Part shown: one piece after another, positions 1-8,325 of the stretch
Numbering within the stretch: position 1 is the first letter of the stretch
Layout of the letters: every line of letters starts with the position of its first letter
From: a virus
Lineage: Duplodnaviria; Caudoviricetes
IMG/VR virus record: IMGVR_UViG_3300032373_000094
Span: 1 to 27,034 of that record
Strand: one strand, 5' to 3'
DNA length: 27,034 nt
Position numbers and translations under genes: made by a program
The notes under the pieces: generated by a model
What the model was told of the DNA's origin: nothing
Databases searched by the model: none
The model's input: the letters and a program-made list of their open reading frames with translations, nothing else

Positions 1-1812
1 AGTGTTGGTTCAGTCACGGCTGGGGATATATTCAGGCTTGCGGATGGGTCATCTTGGGAAGTTGCCGCATCTGGCGCAAGCGATCAGCATCTGACGGTCA
101 ACGGCGTCAAATGGTATGAGGCGGGCCTAAATTTCAGCACACGCGCCCGCATGGTTGCGGCCAAGGCACGGATGGACGCAGCGGGCGAGACCGTAGCAGA
201 TGGAGTAATATGGACGGCTACGGGCTTCCGATATAGAGCATCCGCTGGGGCAACGACGATCAGCGACATGGCTGGCTGGCTGGCGGTGGCACCGGTCTAT
301 CTTGAACATTATGGTATCGTACCTGCAGCTTCGGCGGCGTTGGCTACCACGGACTACGCAACGGAACTCCAAGCAGCACTGACGAACACCATTGGCGATC
401 TGCATTGCACTGGTTATGTCTACTCAGCTTCCGGTTTATCCTGGCCAGATTATTGCGGCTTTAAGATCGTAGGGGATATAGAGTCGGGCGGCATCGTTAC
501 TGACAGCGCAATCGGCACAGCAACCAACCTCGTAGATTTTGGCACCGGTCTTGGTCCGTCGATTGATAGTCTGCACCTGTGGTTCAGGCAAGCAGCCGGT
601 ATCACCCTGCGGGCGCAACTGTATGACCATCTACCGCTGGTATCCTTCGATAACGCATCGCGCGGCAACATTCGCCACCTGCGCATAAGCCAGGCTTCAA
701 AAGGTATCACGGCTCAAGATGGCGTTGGTGGCTCAAATCCCGGCGGCTGGAAAATCCAAGTTGCAGAAATAGGAGCGTTTGAATCGCCGTTTGTGACGGA
801 TGGCGGGCTGGACTTCATCAAGATCGACAATGTTAACATCTGGCCATTTGGGATTTCATACGACACTGATCTTATGGGGATTTGGTCTGACGGCGCAGCG
901 ACTGGCAGCCAGATTATTTCCGCCGATGGTTTAATGATCGACACGTTTTCAACATTCAAAACGCCTGTTGAAGTTGGGGAGGCATCAAGCGCAACTATCT
1001 TGCCGTTTATTCTTGGACTGCAACTTGACGGTGACGCATCACGGCTGATTTTCAAGGGTGGGCGAAGTGTTATCAGCGCACTTTATTCCACAAAGACTAC
1101 CCCATCAGCCACGACAATCGTTGTGGAGGGGGGGACGCACCATCTGAATATGCCGCACCTTATCGGTAGTGAAGACAACATGATTGAAGTTCAGAGCGGG
1201 GCAGAACTCAACGTAAATGGCGGGTACTTGCGCCAGCATCTGAGTGCCAATAAGCGCGGGGGCGTGGTTAAGTCTGGCGGCGTCCTGCGTTTTAAGGGAA
1301 CGCATTTCGATTTCCCTACCGGCGCGGGCACCGTGCCATTTATCGAACAGGAATCCGGCGGCATCTTGGTTGTTGATGGCTGCACGGTCCCCCTTGGGAA
1401 CGCCACGGCGCGCTCTGAAGTTGTCAAGTTCAACAGCGACGAGGTTGGCAACTATGTTGACATTGACCAGCTTGCGCCTCACGGCACGACCTATATTGCA
1501 GACAGCCTGAACGGCACTTATCGGCGTCAAGGCGGCGTTCTTGGCGCTGCTCCGGCGATCACTGGTAGCATAGACAACATCGAGACCGGGACTATACATT
1601 ATACAGGCGATATCTCTGAAAGCACTGCTGTTTCATGGAACCTACCGGCATTGGGCGGCACTGATCTGCGCACGTGGATTTGTCACACATACGGTCGGGA
1701 CACGCGAACTGTTCAAAAGGCCACTGAAATACTGGGCATCGCCACTACTCGCGGGCGGACATTCGTCCGCGTTCGGCAAGGGGCAACATGGTATTCGTGG
1801 GTTGAATTATGA
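1..1812 (+). CDS. Tailspike / tail fibre, 5'-truncated; probable beta-helix depolymerase with C-terminal knob-like domain
   Basis: Frame is open from base 1 (SVGSVTAGDIFRL...), so the true start lies upstream of the window. G/S/T/I/V-rich beta-strand periodicity; C-terminus TVQKATE...RTFVRVRQGATWYSWVEL resembles tail-fibre knob domains; lies just before the lysis genes. Confidence 0.75.
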   Translation, partial: SVGSVTAGDIFRLADGSSWEVAASGASDQHLTVNGVKWYEAGLNFSTRARMVAAKARMDAAGETVADGVIWTATGFRYRASAGATTISDMAGWLAVAPVYLEHYGIVPAASAALATTDYATELQAALTNTIGDLHCTGYVYSASGLSWPDYCGFKIVGDIESGGIVTDSAIGTATNLVDFGTGLGPSIDSLHLWFRQAAGITLRAQLYDHLPLVSFDNASRGNIRHLRISQASKGITAQDGVGGSNPGGWKIQVAEIGAFESPFVTDGGLDFIKIDNVNIWPFGISYDTDLMGIWSDGAATGSQIISADGLMIDTFSTFKTPVEVGEASSATILPFILGLQLDGDASRLIFKGGRSVISALYSTKTTPSATTIVVEGGTHHLNMPHLIGSEDNMIEVQSGAELNVNGGYLRQHLSANKRGGVVKSGGVLRFKGTHFDFPTGAGTVPFIEQESGGILVVDGCTVPLGNATARSEVVKFNSDEVGNYVDIDQLAPHGTTYIADSLNGTYRRQGGVLGAAPAITGSIDNIETGTIHYTGDISESTAVSWNLPALGGTDLRTWICHTYGRDTRTVQKATEILGIATTRGRTFVRVRQGATWYSWVEL

Positions 1813-1835
1813 CACGCCAGTCTGAGGAAATGACA

Positions 1836-2234
1836 ATGATACCTCTTCGCAAAACCGCCGAAATGTTCATGGCGGTATATGTCATCGGGTTCAGCGGGTT
1901 TGTTGCGGCGAGTCATGCGCGAGGGGTCAACGCTCTTGAGTGGACAGGAATGACGCACTTGGAGGCTTTGCAATTCGCATGGTTATGCCTTGGTGCGTCC
2001 GCCGTCCACGCGTTCGGGATTCGGCTGAATGGGTCTTTTCGATGGTCCCCTTTCATTCGGGCGGCGGCACTCATTGCACTGTCCTTGGCGTTCTTAGATC
2101 TGGCTTGGGCCGGGGCAGGGAACACCGCGAGTTACACCTATTTATGGGTGTTTTTTGGTTTCTTTCTGGCGCTAAGAACAACGGTGCGCGATTGCATTCT
2201 TGCGTGGCGGGGGCACTATGGAACAACTCATTAA
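1836..2234 (+). CDS. Membrane protein (about 4 TM segments) in lysis cassette
   Basis: Four hydrophobic stretches; GAGG at 1824-1827 favours ATG 1836 (alternatives 1809, 1830). Confidence 0.65.
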   Translation: MIPLRKTAEMFMAVYVIGFSGFVAASHARGVNALEWTGMTHLEALQFAWLCLGASAVHAFGIRLNGSFRWSPFIRAAALIALSLAFLDLAWAGAGNTASYTYLWVFFGFFLALRTTVRDCILAWRGHYGTTH

Positions 2235-2547
2235 CGAGTTCGCCGGGTATGGCCCCATCGGCCTAGTCGTAGCGCTCATTATTTTTATGATGCGCGGCGA
2301 GATCATTGCGACCCTACGCGGTGGAACGACGGAAACAGGCCGCTTGATTGTCGCAATCGACAACAACACGGCTAATATGTCAAAGATGGTTTCTGCCATA
2401 GACGGCCAGACTAAGCAGTTTGAGAACAACAACCAGTACTTTCAACAGGCCGTCTCCGGCATCCACGATGTCGTTGAGGCGACCGGAAAGACAAGCGCGG
2501 AAATAAACAATCTTAGAATTGACCTGGCCAAGGGGGGTATTTCGTGA
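2218..2547 (+). CDS. Single-TM protein with coiled-coil tail, holin-like
   Basis: N-terminal TM (GPIGLVVALIIFMM) then heptad-like N/Q-rich region; stop overlaps the endolysin start. Confidence 0.6.
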   Translation: MEQLINEFAGYGPIGLVVALIIFMMRGEIIATLRGGTTETGRLIVAIDNNTANMSKMVSAIDGQTKQFENNNQYFQQAVSGIHDVVEATGKTSAEINNLRIDLAKGGIS

Positions 2548-3374
2548 TGGATAAGCAAGCGTTCTACACAAGCCTGCGCCGCCGCAACAGTGGTGTTTTC
2601 GGCACCAGCCTATCACAGAAGCAAGTCGAGGGCATGGAAGCCATCATTGATGAAGGGGCGCACTTGCCGTTGTCTCATTTGGCCTACGCCCTTGCCACGG
2701 CCCATGGCGAAACCGGCGGTCGGATGCAGCCGATTTCCGAAAATATGAATTACACTAGCGCGCGGCGGATCGAACAGGTGTTCTCCAATTCCCGCCGTAA
2801 AGGCATCCCGGGTGACCAGCTGGTGCGGCACCCAGAAAAACTGGCAAACACGGTCTATGGCGGCATTCTTGGCAACGGCACCGATAATGGCGATGGCTGG
2901 CGGTTCCGTGGGCGGGGATTTGTTCAGAACACCGGGCGGCTGAATTATGAGAAGGTCCGCGCGTTGACCGGTGTCGATGTGGTCAGCACTCCAGATCTGG
3001 CGCTGCGTATCGACGTGGCCGCGAAGGCGCTCATTGCCGGTATCGAACACGGCATCTACACGGGCAAAAAGGCCAGCGACTACCTGCCGGGCGATTACCG
3101 CAACGCGCGGCGGATCATCAACGGCACATTCGAGGCTGACAAATATGCTGGCTACGCGCGGGCATTCGATGCGGCGCTAAAGACGGCTGGATATCGAGCC
3201 GCGCAGCAAGTCGTGCCAACTTCCCCACCGGCTATGCCGGAAATATACCCAGAACCTGCCCCAACGCGGCCCACACAGCCCGTTGATGATGCTTCACGGG
3301 CCTCCACCCCAAAAAAGCCCGCAACCGGACTGCTGGCGTCGCTCTTGCGCCTGTTTGGCAGCCTGAAAGGATAA
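2547..3374 (+). CDS. Endolysin, glycoside hydrolase family 19
   Basis: GH19 motifs LAYALATAHGETGG, DGWRFRGRGFVQNTGRLNY, ARRIING; Pro-rich linker and C-terminal amphipathic helix. Confidence 0.9.
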   Translation: MDKQAFYTSLRRRNSGVFGTSLSQKQVEGMEAIIDEGAHLPLSHLAYALATAHGETGGRMQPISENMNYTSARRIEQVFSNSRRKGIPGDQLVRHPEKLANTVYGGILGNGTDNGDGWRFRGRGFVQNTGRLNYEKVRALTGVDVVSTPDLALRIDVAAKALIAGIEHGIYTGKKASDYLPGDYRNARRIINGTFEADKYAGYARAFDAALKTAGYRAAQQVVPTSPPAMPEIYPEPAPTRPTQPVDDASRASTPKKPATGLLASLLRLFGSLKG

Positions 3375-3377
3375 CCC

Positions 3378-3584
3378 ATGAAATTGATCTCAAACTGGAA
3401 AGACTCGTGGAAATGGTTTTCCACACAGGCAATGCTACTCGCCGTAGCTGTCCAGGGCGCTTGGGATTATATCCCAGCCGACATGAGGGCATCACTGCCA
3501 GACGGCTTTGTTACGTGGGCGACCATGGGCCTGCTGACTCTGGGCATCATCGGACGCACTATTAGGCAGGGAAGTGAAGAATGA
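3378..3584 (+). CDS. Holin
   Basis: 68 aa, MKLISNWKDSWKWFSTQAM N-terminus typical of a small phage holin family, two hydrophobic segments, directly after the endolysin. Confidence 0.75.
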   Translation: MKLISNWKDSWKWFSTQAMLLAVAVQGAWDYIPADMRASLPDGFVTWATMGLLTLGIIGRTIRQGSEE

Positions 3585-3814
3585 TTGCCGACCTGCTTTG
3601 GGGCTGGTTAGCCGGCGCGTGGCAATACGTGGCTATGGGTGTGGGTGCTGTGGCGCTGTTCTTTGCAGGGCGTCGGCAAGGCAAAGTCAATGAACGAAAC
3701 AAGGCAAAGGAGGCTGACAATGAAAGGGCGAATGAAATTCGTGATCGGGTCGAGTTTGATCTTGCTGACCGCGTGCGCGAATACGACGGGCGTGGCTACC
3801 GCGACAGAGAATGA
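3581..3814 (+). CDS. Putative inner-membrane spanin (Rz-like)
   Basis: N-terminal TM followed by a charged helical region; overlapped in another frame by a lipoprotein gene. Confidence 0.6.
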   Translation: MIADLLWGWLAGAWQYVAMGVGAVALFFAGRRQGKVNERNKAKEADNERANEIRDRVEFDLADRVREYDGRGYRDRE

Positions 3815-3950
3815 AGTCTGCCGTTCATGGGGCGCGTCGTTAGCAACAAGGTCGGTAGACGACACTCCGCAGACGCAGGTAGAAATCCAGAACTCCTACG
3901 CTGTTTTCTCACTGGCCTGCCCCGAATGGGTTGACTTGATACCGGAGTGA
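3732..3950 (+). CDS. Putative outer-membrane lipoprotein spanin (Rz1-like)
   Basis: MKFVIGSSLILLTAC signal peptide with lipobox LTAC; starts within the Rz-like gene; two further Cys. Confidence 0.7.
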   Translation: MKFVIGSSLILLTACANTTGVATATENEVCRSWGASLATRSVDDTPQTQVEIQNSYAVFSLACPEWVDLIPE

Positions 3951-4138
3951 ACCCATTCGGGCGTTTGTTTCTGACATATCCCGCTTACTTCACGACGCGC
4001 TTTTCCCCGGCCCATCGCAAAGCCTCTGCGCCAGAGCATGGCAGCATCGAGGCGAGTCTGGTTTTTGGGCGGCATGGGTCCGCATCTTTGGCAGGCATCA
4101 CTGCGAACGGTCTTACCGATACCACAGGAGACATAGGC

Positions 4139-4354
4139 ATGGTTGAGACATTCCAGATTCTGCTGACTATCTGTTCCATGACGATGTTCGGGCCAGAATG
4201 TGAAGAGCGGAATATTATGACCCGCAACATGCCGCTGGCGATATGCAATCAGCAGCGCCGCAGGTTGGAGCGAACAGTTTCCAGGATTCTGCCGGACGAC
4301 GATAAAGAGTTTTTCGAGATGAGCGCCACCTTCGTTGCGGGACAAGGCGTATGA
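4139..4354 (+). CDS. Small hypothetical protein (71 aa, 3 Cys)
   Basis: AGGAG upstream of ATG 4139, in frame with listed ORF 3947..4354. Confidence 0.5.
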   Translation: MVETFQILLTICSMTMFGPECEERNIMTRNMPLAICNQQRRRLERTVSRILPDDDKEFFEMSATFVAGQGV

Positions 4355-4467
4355 TCCGCGCCGGTCGCAGAGCTACCATCAATGGCATATTTAGCAGCGC
4401 GAAGTTCGCGGCCTAGTCAAGCGATTTAACTTGATTTCCCTAAATGCAAGCCATTTGGCTTGACGCT

Positions 4468-5271
4468 TTACCATCCCGTTATTTTGAATTTATCAGGTGC
4501 CTTTAGCGTTTTTGCTGGCTTACCAAGACGAAATTTCTCCCACGCAGAGATGGCAAGGCGTTGCGTCTCTGAGAGAGATGACTTTTTCCCTCTGATTGCT
4601 TCGTTGTTCATCCTTTCTCGAAGGACGTGCGCGGGGCACCCTTTGTAATCAGGTATGCCTGTAGAAAATACGCGCTTGAATGCCTCAGCCCTTTGCGCCT
4701 CACCTGTTCTCATGGCCACAAAGTAGATCGCTCCAAGTATGTTCCCTATCCTGGGGTATGCCTTTGTTGCGGCGAATGTCGCAGCGGCATTTATATCTGG
4801 GTATCTGGCGACAAAATCAAATACTTCTGTCGCGGATGGATTTGCGCTACGCGGTCGGCCATTTGAAAGAGAAAAAAGAATGTTGACAACAGCACTTAGA
4901 TTATTCGCATTCTTGACGCCTTCAAGGGATAGGTGATCGCCAACAGTTCTGCTTGCGCCAGTGTCAACTGTCTTCCTGTTTTCACTACATACTCCGCGAA
5001 CAATGACCGATGTTATAGCTACGCCGGAAGTATTGCAGGCTGTCAGTCTGTGATGGCCATCAATCAACCGCCCGGCATTGTCAAATATTATGCTTTCGCC
5101 GTTTGTTACAAAATTACCTGACAGCATGTCGCGCTTTAGGCTGTTGATCTTTGCCGTTTTCAGATTACGGTTGCCGCCGCTTTCCTTAAGCATTTTTCCT
5201 GCGCGGGCGCTGTCTATATATTCAATAGCTGTTGAAATACCAGAAGATGCTGTTTTTGATGTAATGTTCAT
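4468..5271 (-). CDS. ParB/Sulfiredoxin-fold (DGQHR-like) domain protein
   Basis: NRNL...NGESIIFDNAGRLIDGHHRLTAC matches the ParB N-terminal DG(Q/H)HR signature; visibly AT-richer than the flanks. Confidence 0.7.
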   Translation of the reverse strand: MNITSKTASSGISTAIEYIDSARAGKMLKESGGNRNLKTAKINSLKRDMLSGNFVTNGESIIFDNAGRLIDGHHRLTACNTSGVAITSVIVRGVCSENRKTVDTGASRTVGDHLSLEGVKNANNLSAVVNILFSLSNGRPRSANPSATEVFDFVARYPDINAAATFAATKAYPRIGNILGAIYFVAMRTGEAQRAEAFKRVFSTGIPDYKGCPAHVLRERMNNEAIRGKKSSLSETQRLAISAWEKFRLGKPAKTLKAPDKFKITGW

Positions 5272-5666
5272 AATATTTCCTCTTTCATGGCTTCAACCTG
5301 ATAGGGTGGTGCGCGGCGGCTTGGGTCGAAGGTCTTTAGGGCGGCGCGCAATACGTGAGACAAAAAAGGTGCGGCAAGGTCAGCGCCGAGCACTGCCTCA
5401 CCAATCGCAAGAATTTCGTTTTGCATTTCAAGCGCGGTCTCGTATGCAAATTCGACGGGAACCTCATTGCTGAAAGTCGTTATTCCGCTATATGCGCCAC
5501 CTCTCAAGATTGCATGGTTGACGTGTTCTTCTGCTTCCGATGTTGCCAAGTCTGATATGATCGGCCACATCTCAGGTGTTGACCAAATTTGTTTCAGAAC
5601 CAAACCTTGCGACCGTCGCCTTGCGCGCTCTGCCGCCTTGCGTTCCGCTGGCGTTGGTGGTGGCAT
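5268..5666 (-). CDS. Hypothetical protein with N-terminal basic, possibly ribbon-helix-helix-like DNA-binding segment
   Basis: GGAG 7 nt before ATG 5666; TPAERKAAERARRRSQGLVLKQIW resembles small RHH/antitoxin-like N-termini; ATGA overlap with the ParB-like gene. Confidence 0.55.
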   Translation of the reverse strand: MPPPTPAERKAAERARRRSQGLVLKQIWSTPEMWPIISDLATSEAEEHVNHAILRGGAYSGITTFSNEVPVEFAYETALEMQNEILAIGEAVLGADLAAPFLSHVLRAALKTFDPSRRAPPYQVEAMKEEIL

Positions 5667-5677
5667 AAGATTACTCC

Positions 5678-5722
5678 ACTGTGACATGTCACAGTAATAA
5701 CGGCGCGTGACATGTCACGCAA
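5678..5722 (-). promoter_or_regulatory. Leftward promoter overlapped by two perfect palindromic operators
   Basis: ACTGTGACATGTCACAGT (5678-5695) and GCGTGACATGTCACGC (5705-5720); minus strand reads TTGCGT-N17-TATTAC across them. Confidence 0.7.
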
Positions 5723-5739
5723 GCGATTTATATCACTTT

Positions 5740-5769
5740 CCGCTGGCCTAACGGCTGGCGGGTTTTTTT
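5740..5769 (+). terminator. Rho-independent terminator
   Basis: CCGCTGGCC-TAAC-GGCTGGCGG stem (two G-U pairs that form only on the + strand) followed by T7. Confidence 0.75.
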
Positions 5770-5782
5770 GTCGTTTCTGCGT

Positions 5783-5929
5783 TTAGAGAACATAAACAAT
5801 CCCAGCTATAACGAAGCCTATGGCAATCCACACTAGCACCCCTGCTGCGAAGATCCGCAGGGACAGAATGCCAGCGCCGGGGCGTGGTTCGCCGGGCAAG
5901 TGGTCTGGTTCGTGGTGGTGCCGGGTCAT
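5783..5929 (-). CDS. Small membrane protein (48 aa)
   Basis: Hand translation MTRHHHEPDH...RIFAAGVLVWIAIGFVIAGIVYVL; TAATG coupling to the upstream gene. Confidence 0.6.
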   Translation of the reverse strand: MTRHHHEPDHLPGEPRPGAGILSLRIFAAGVLVWIAIGFVIAGIVYVL

Positions 5930-6096
5930 TATTCATCCCCTTCCGTTACGTCGATGAAACCGTAGTAGCCCTCTCCACCGGGGTAATCTGTGAATGTTTG
6001 GTATTTTGGGCGTCCTGGGTCCATAAAGCGCGCGCACTTACGTGATAGCGGGCATTCCTCACGAAGGCAGCGGGAATAGTCGAAGGGTAGTTTCAT
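5929..6096 (-). CDS. Small Cys-containing hypothetical protein (55 aa)
   Basis: Hand translation MKLPFDYSRCLREECPLSRKCARF...; TGATG coupling to the upstream gene. Confidence 0.6.
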   Translation of the reverse strand: MKLPFDYSRCLREECPLSRKCARFMDPGRPKYQTFTDYPGGEGYYGFIDVTEGDE

Positions 6097-6371
6097 CACC
6101 AAAAATCCTCACTAAATGCGTCCCGTCCATGGAGGTCATCCCGAATGATTGGCTGCTTCGCAATGTGCGCGATCTGCTTGGCCTGAACCCTGTTTACGAA
6201 CCTGCCCCTAGATGTAAGGAACCCTTGGCATCCTGCGGATAGCCAAATGTCTGGGACAAGACCCTCCATGCAATGAAGAACTTGACCATGGCGCGCTGGC
6301 CTCGGAAGACTAAACGTCAGACCCTCGACCTGCACGGCAGCCGCGACGATGGTTTCTTTGTTATCGTTCAC
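6096..6371 (-). CDS. Conserved phage hypothetical protein
   Basis: GGAGGA then GTG 6371; motif RH...QGFLTSRGRFVNR..A..IA...FSEDFW recognised from many phages. Confidence 0.7.
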   Translation of the reverse strand: MNDNKETIVAAAVQVEGLTFSLPRPARHGQVLHCMEGLVPDIWLSAGCQGFLTSRGRFVNRVQAKQIAHIAKQPIIRDDLHGRDAFSEDFW

Positions 6372-6375
6372 GATG

Positions 6376-6768
6376 TTAGTCCTCCTGCGCAATCAGGGCT
6401 TTTAGGGTAGCGATCAACCACGCTCGGGCGGGATTGCTGTAATTATGTCCTGAATAAGCCTTACGACTCTTGCTTGGATTGGAGCCGTCAAAATAGGCTA
6501 CCTCACACCCCCAAGGATCGCCTGCCAGATTGCTCGCCTGATCTAGGGTGTTAACCACCCACTCCGGCAAAACCTCCTCGTGTAGCGTCTTAGCGGCGTC
6601 TAGGGAACCCTCATAACCAGCAGAAAATAGATCGAACATGGCCTCGTCAAAACACATATCAAAAAGGCTGCAAAATTCATTTGTGTAGCAGCTCTCTTCC
6701 GGACAGAAGGCAAGTCCCGCATCAACCATCACCAACAGGTCCGTCAGCGCTTCCTTGCGATCACTCAT
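6376..6768 (-). CDS. Phage hypothetical protein
   Basis: Fits the tightly packed leftward operon; SLDAA..L.E.VLP.W and NPARAWLIATLKAL motifs are typical of phage accessory proteins. Confidence 0.65.
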   Translation of the reverse strand: MSDRKEALTDLLVMVDAGLAFCPEESCYTNEFCSLFDMCFDEAMFDLFSAGYEGSLDAAKTLHEEVLPEWVVNTLDQASNLAGDPWGCEVAYFDGSNPSKSRKAYSGHNYSNPARAWLIATLKALIAQED

Positions 6769-7306
6769 GGCGATCACCGGACGCGACGGGCGGGTTGTCT
6801 TCTACCGGACCAACCCGCCATATTTCCTTAATGCCGACCCGCTCTGCCCTGCGAATGAAGCAGACCGGACAGAGAATGCCGCCGGGATCATCCTTGCAGT
6901 CTTCGCCGCCCATGACACGGTTCCAGAGATCATGCGGCGCGAACCACACTGGGTTTTCCCCGCCGCACTCTTGACATCCTGTTTCATCAGGTGGCGTGGG
7001 CGTGTTGGTCAGCGCGAGAATGTCTTGGGCTATTTTTACGCCAACATATTCCGCGCCATTTCTCCAATCGCGTTTTTCTTGAGTATCACCCCAGTCACGA
7101 GGGCGGGTCCATGCTTGTGTCGCCCCAACTGCCTCTCTCAGCCCCGCCTGCCGTCCTTCTTCGTGGGCTTTGTTAATCAGGTCTACAAGGGATAAGGCCA
7201 TATTCACTGACGTTTCTGTGGCTTTAAACGCGCACTCTGCTGCGTCCATGGGTTGGCCGCACAGACCGCAAAAAGGATTGTTTAACAGTTCCGGTACTTC
7301 ACTCAT
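6761..7306 (-). CDS. Hypothetical protein with three CxxC pairs (possible Zn binding)
   Basis: CGLC, CQEC, LCPVCF; start/stop overlaps with both neighbours. Confidence 0.6.
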   Translation of the reverse strand: MSEVPELLNNPFCGLCGQPMDAAECAFKATETSVNMALSLVDLINKAHEEGRQAGLREAVGATQAWTRPRDWGDTQEKRDWRNGAEYVGVKIAQDILALTNTPTPPDETGCQECGGENPVWFAPHDLWNRVMGGEDCKDDPGGILCPVCFIRRAERVGIKEIWRVGPVEDNPPVASGDRHE

Positions 7307-7440
7307 GTCTTGTCCTCACGTGTCGATGTTTCAAAATACTGCGCGGTAGCTATTTTCCCACAAGCGATGCAACGCCATTTGCCGAGCCTGCCGTGCAGTT
7401 GAATAACCACATGCAAGCACGTTCCGGTCTTTTCAGTCAT
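7303..7440 (-). CDS. Small Zn-ribbon-like protein (45 aa)
   Basis: Hand translation MTEKTGTCLH...KWRCIACGK; overlaps both neighbours. Confidence 0.55.
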   Translation of the reverse strand: MTEKTGTCLHVVIQLHGRLGKWRCIACGKIATAQYFETSTREDKT

Positions 7441-7795
7441 TGATTGACCATTTTACGGTGTCGCGCTGCCCCTCAAATTCGTCGATTGCTTTCTGATCAC
7501 CATGCCACCAATCGTGCAACCATACCTCACCGTCATCTCGCTTAAACGAATGCCCAACGGCTTCACGAAGTGTGGCGTTGGTTACGAACTGCCGGTTTAA
7601 CCGACCATCCGCAACCACCACGCGCGCTTGCAGGGCATCACGTTCGGCCTCAGCCTTCTCGGCGCGTTGCCGCAGGTTCCTAATGCAATCAGCTTCCCGG
7701 TGGGCGCTGTAAAACCCGAAACCGCGAATGCCTGAGTATCCGTTAAGCGTCACCCCGCAATTGCGGCAGGGATTTTTTGTGCTTGTATCAGTCAT
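7433..7795 (-). CDS. Hypothetical protein with CxxC and coiled coil
   Basis: GGAGG before ATG 7795; RAEKAEAERDAL coiled-coil motif. Confidence 0.6.
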   Translation of the reverse strand: MTDTSTKNPCRNCGVTLNGYSGIRGFGFYSAHREADCIRNLRQRAEKAEAERDALQARVVVADGRLNRQFVTNATLREAVGHSFKRDDGEVWLHDWWHGDQKAIDEFEGQRDTVKWSIND

Positions 7796-7925
7796 TCTGA
7801 GCCTCCTGAATTTCCCTGGGAAACGATGGGCACGCCTGCGGCAAATCACGCGATACAAACTGCTGAACTACCATTGTGGAAATGCCAATTAAAAACCCTA
7901 GAAAAAACCATTTGCCACGAGTCAT
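7788..7925 (-). CDS. Small protein with hydrophobic N-terminus (45 aa)
   Basis: Hand translation MTRGKWFFLGFLIGISTMVV...; GGAGG RBS; overlaps both neighbours. Confidence 0.5.
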   Translation of the reverse strand: MTRGKWFFLGFLIGISTMVVQQFVSRDLPQACPSFPREIQEAQND

Positions 7926-8095
7926 TCCGTTCCCTCCTGTTTCGATAGCCCGAATGCGGCCATAATCCGCGTGCGGTAGTGGGTATCAGCAGCGGCTTTG
8001 ACCCATGGCGGGTACTTGTTTCCGCTGCCGTCCTCAAAAGCCCACGCCATAGAGACATAGATGATCTTCGCAAGTTCTTCGCGCATATCAGTCAT
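7922..8095 (-). CDS. Small hypothetical protein (57 aa)
   Basis: Hand translation MTDMREELAKIIY...; ATGA overlaps at both ends. Confidence 0.55.
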   Translation of the reverse strand: MTDMREELAKIIYVSMAWAFEDGSGNKYPPWVKAAADTHYRTRIMAAFGLSKQEGTE

Positions 8096-8325
8096 TGGTC
8101 GGTTCCTTTCAAGGCTTCCTTGAGAGCCTGAAACGCCACTTCGTATTCAGCCTGGTTGATTGCCACAAATGCTTGAGTTACTGCCTCCCGCAGCCTCTCC
8201 ACCTCATCCAGCGCGGCGGTGAGGGTGGCAGCGGCTTCGTCCATGATATCAGCTTCTAGCCTCGCAACTTCCACTAGACATAGACGCACCACCAGTGCGC
8301 GGGCTTCTTTGGTGTCTATGGTCAT
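8092..8325 (-). CDS. Helical hypothetical protein (Ead/Ea22-like)
   Basis: EAAATLTAALDEVERLRE motif; ATGA overlaps. Confidence 0.55.
   Translation of the reverse strand: MTIDTKEARALVVRLCLVEVARLEADIMDEAAATLTAALDEVERLREAVTQAFVAINQAEYEVAFQALKEALKGTDQ

Noticed and set aside
1-1812. Diversity-generating retroelement or invertible segment acting on the tailspike
   Set aside because: No reverse transcriptase, invertase or second copy of the 3' end is visible in the window.
3947-4138. N-terminal extension of ORF 3947..4354, or an ncRNA in this gap
   Set aside because: A good RBS precedes ATG 4139 and I could not fold a convincing structure by eye; GTG 3947 is not fully excluded.
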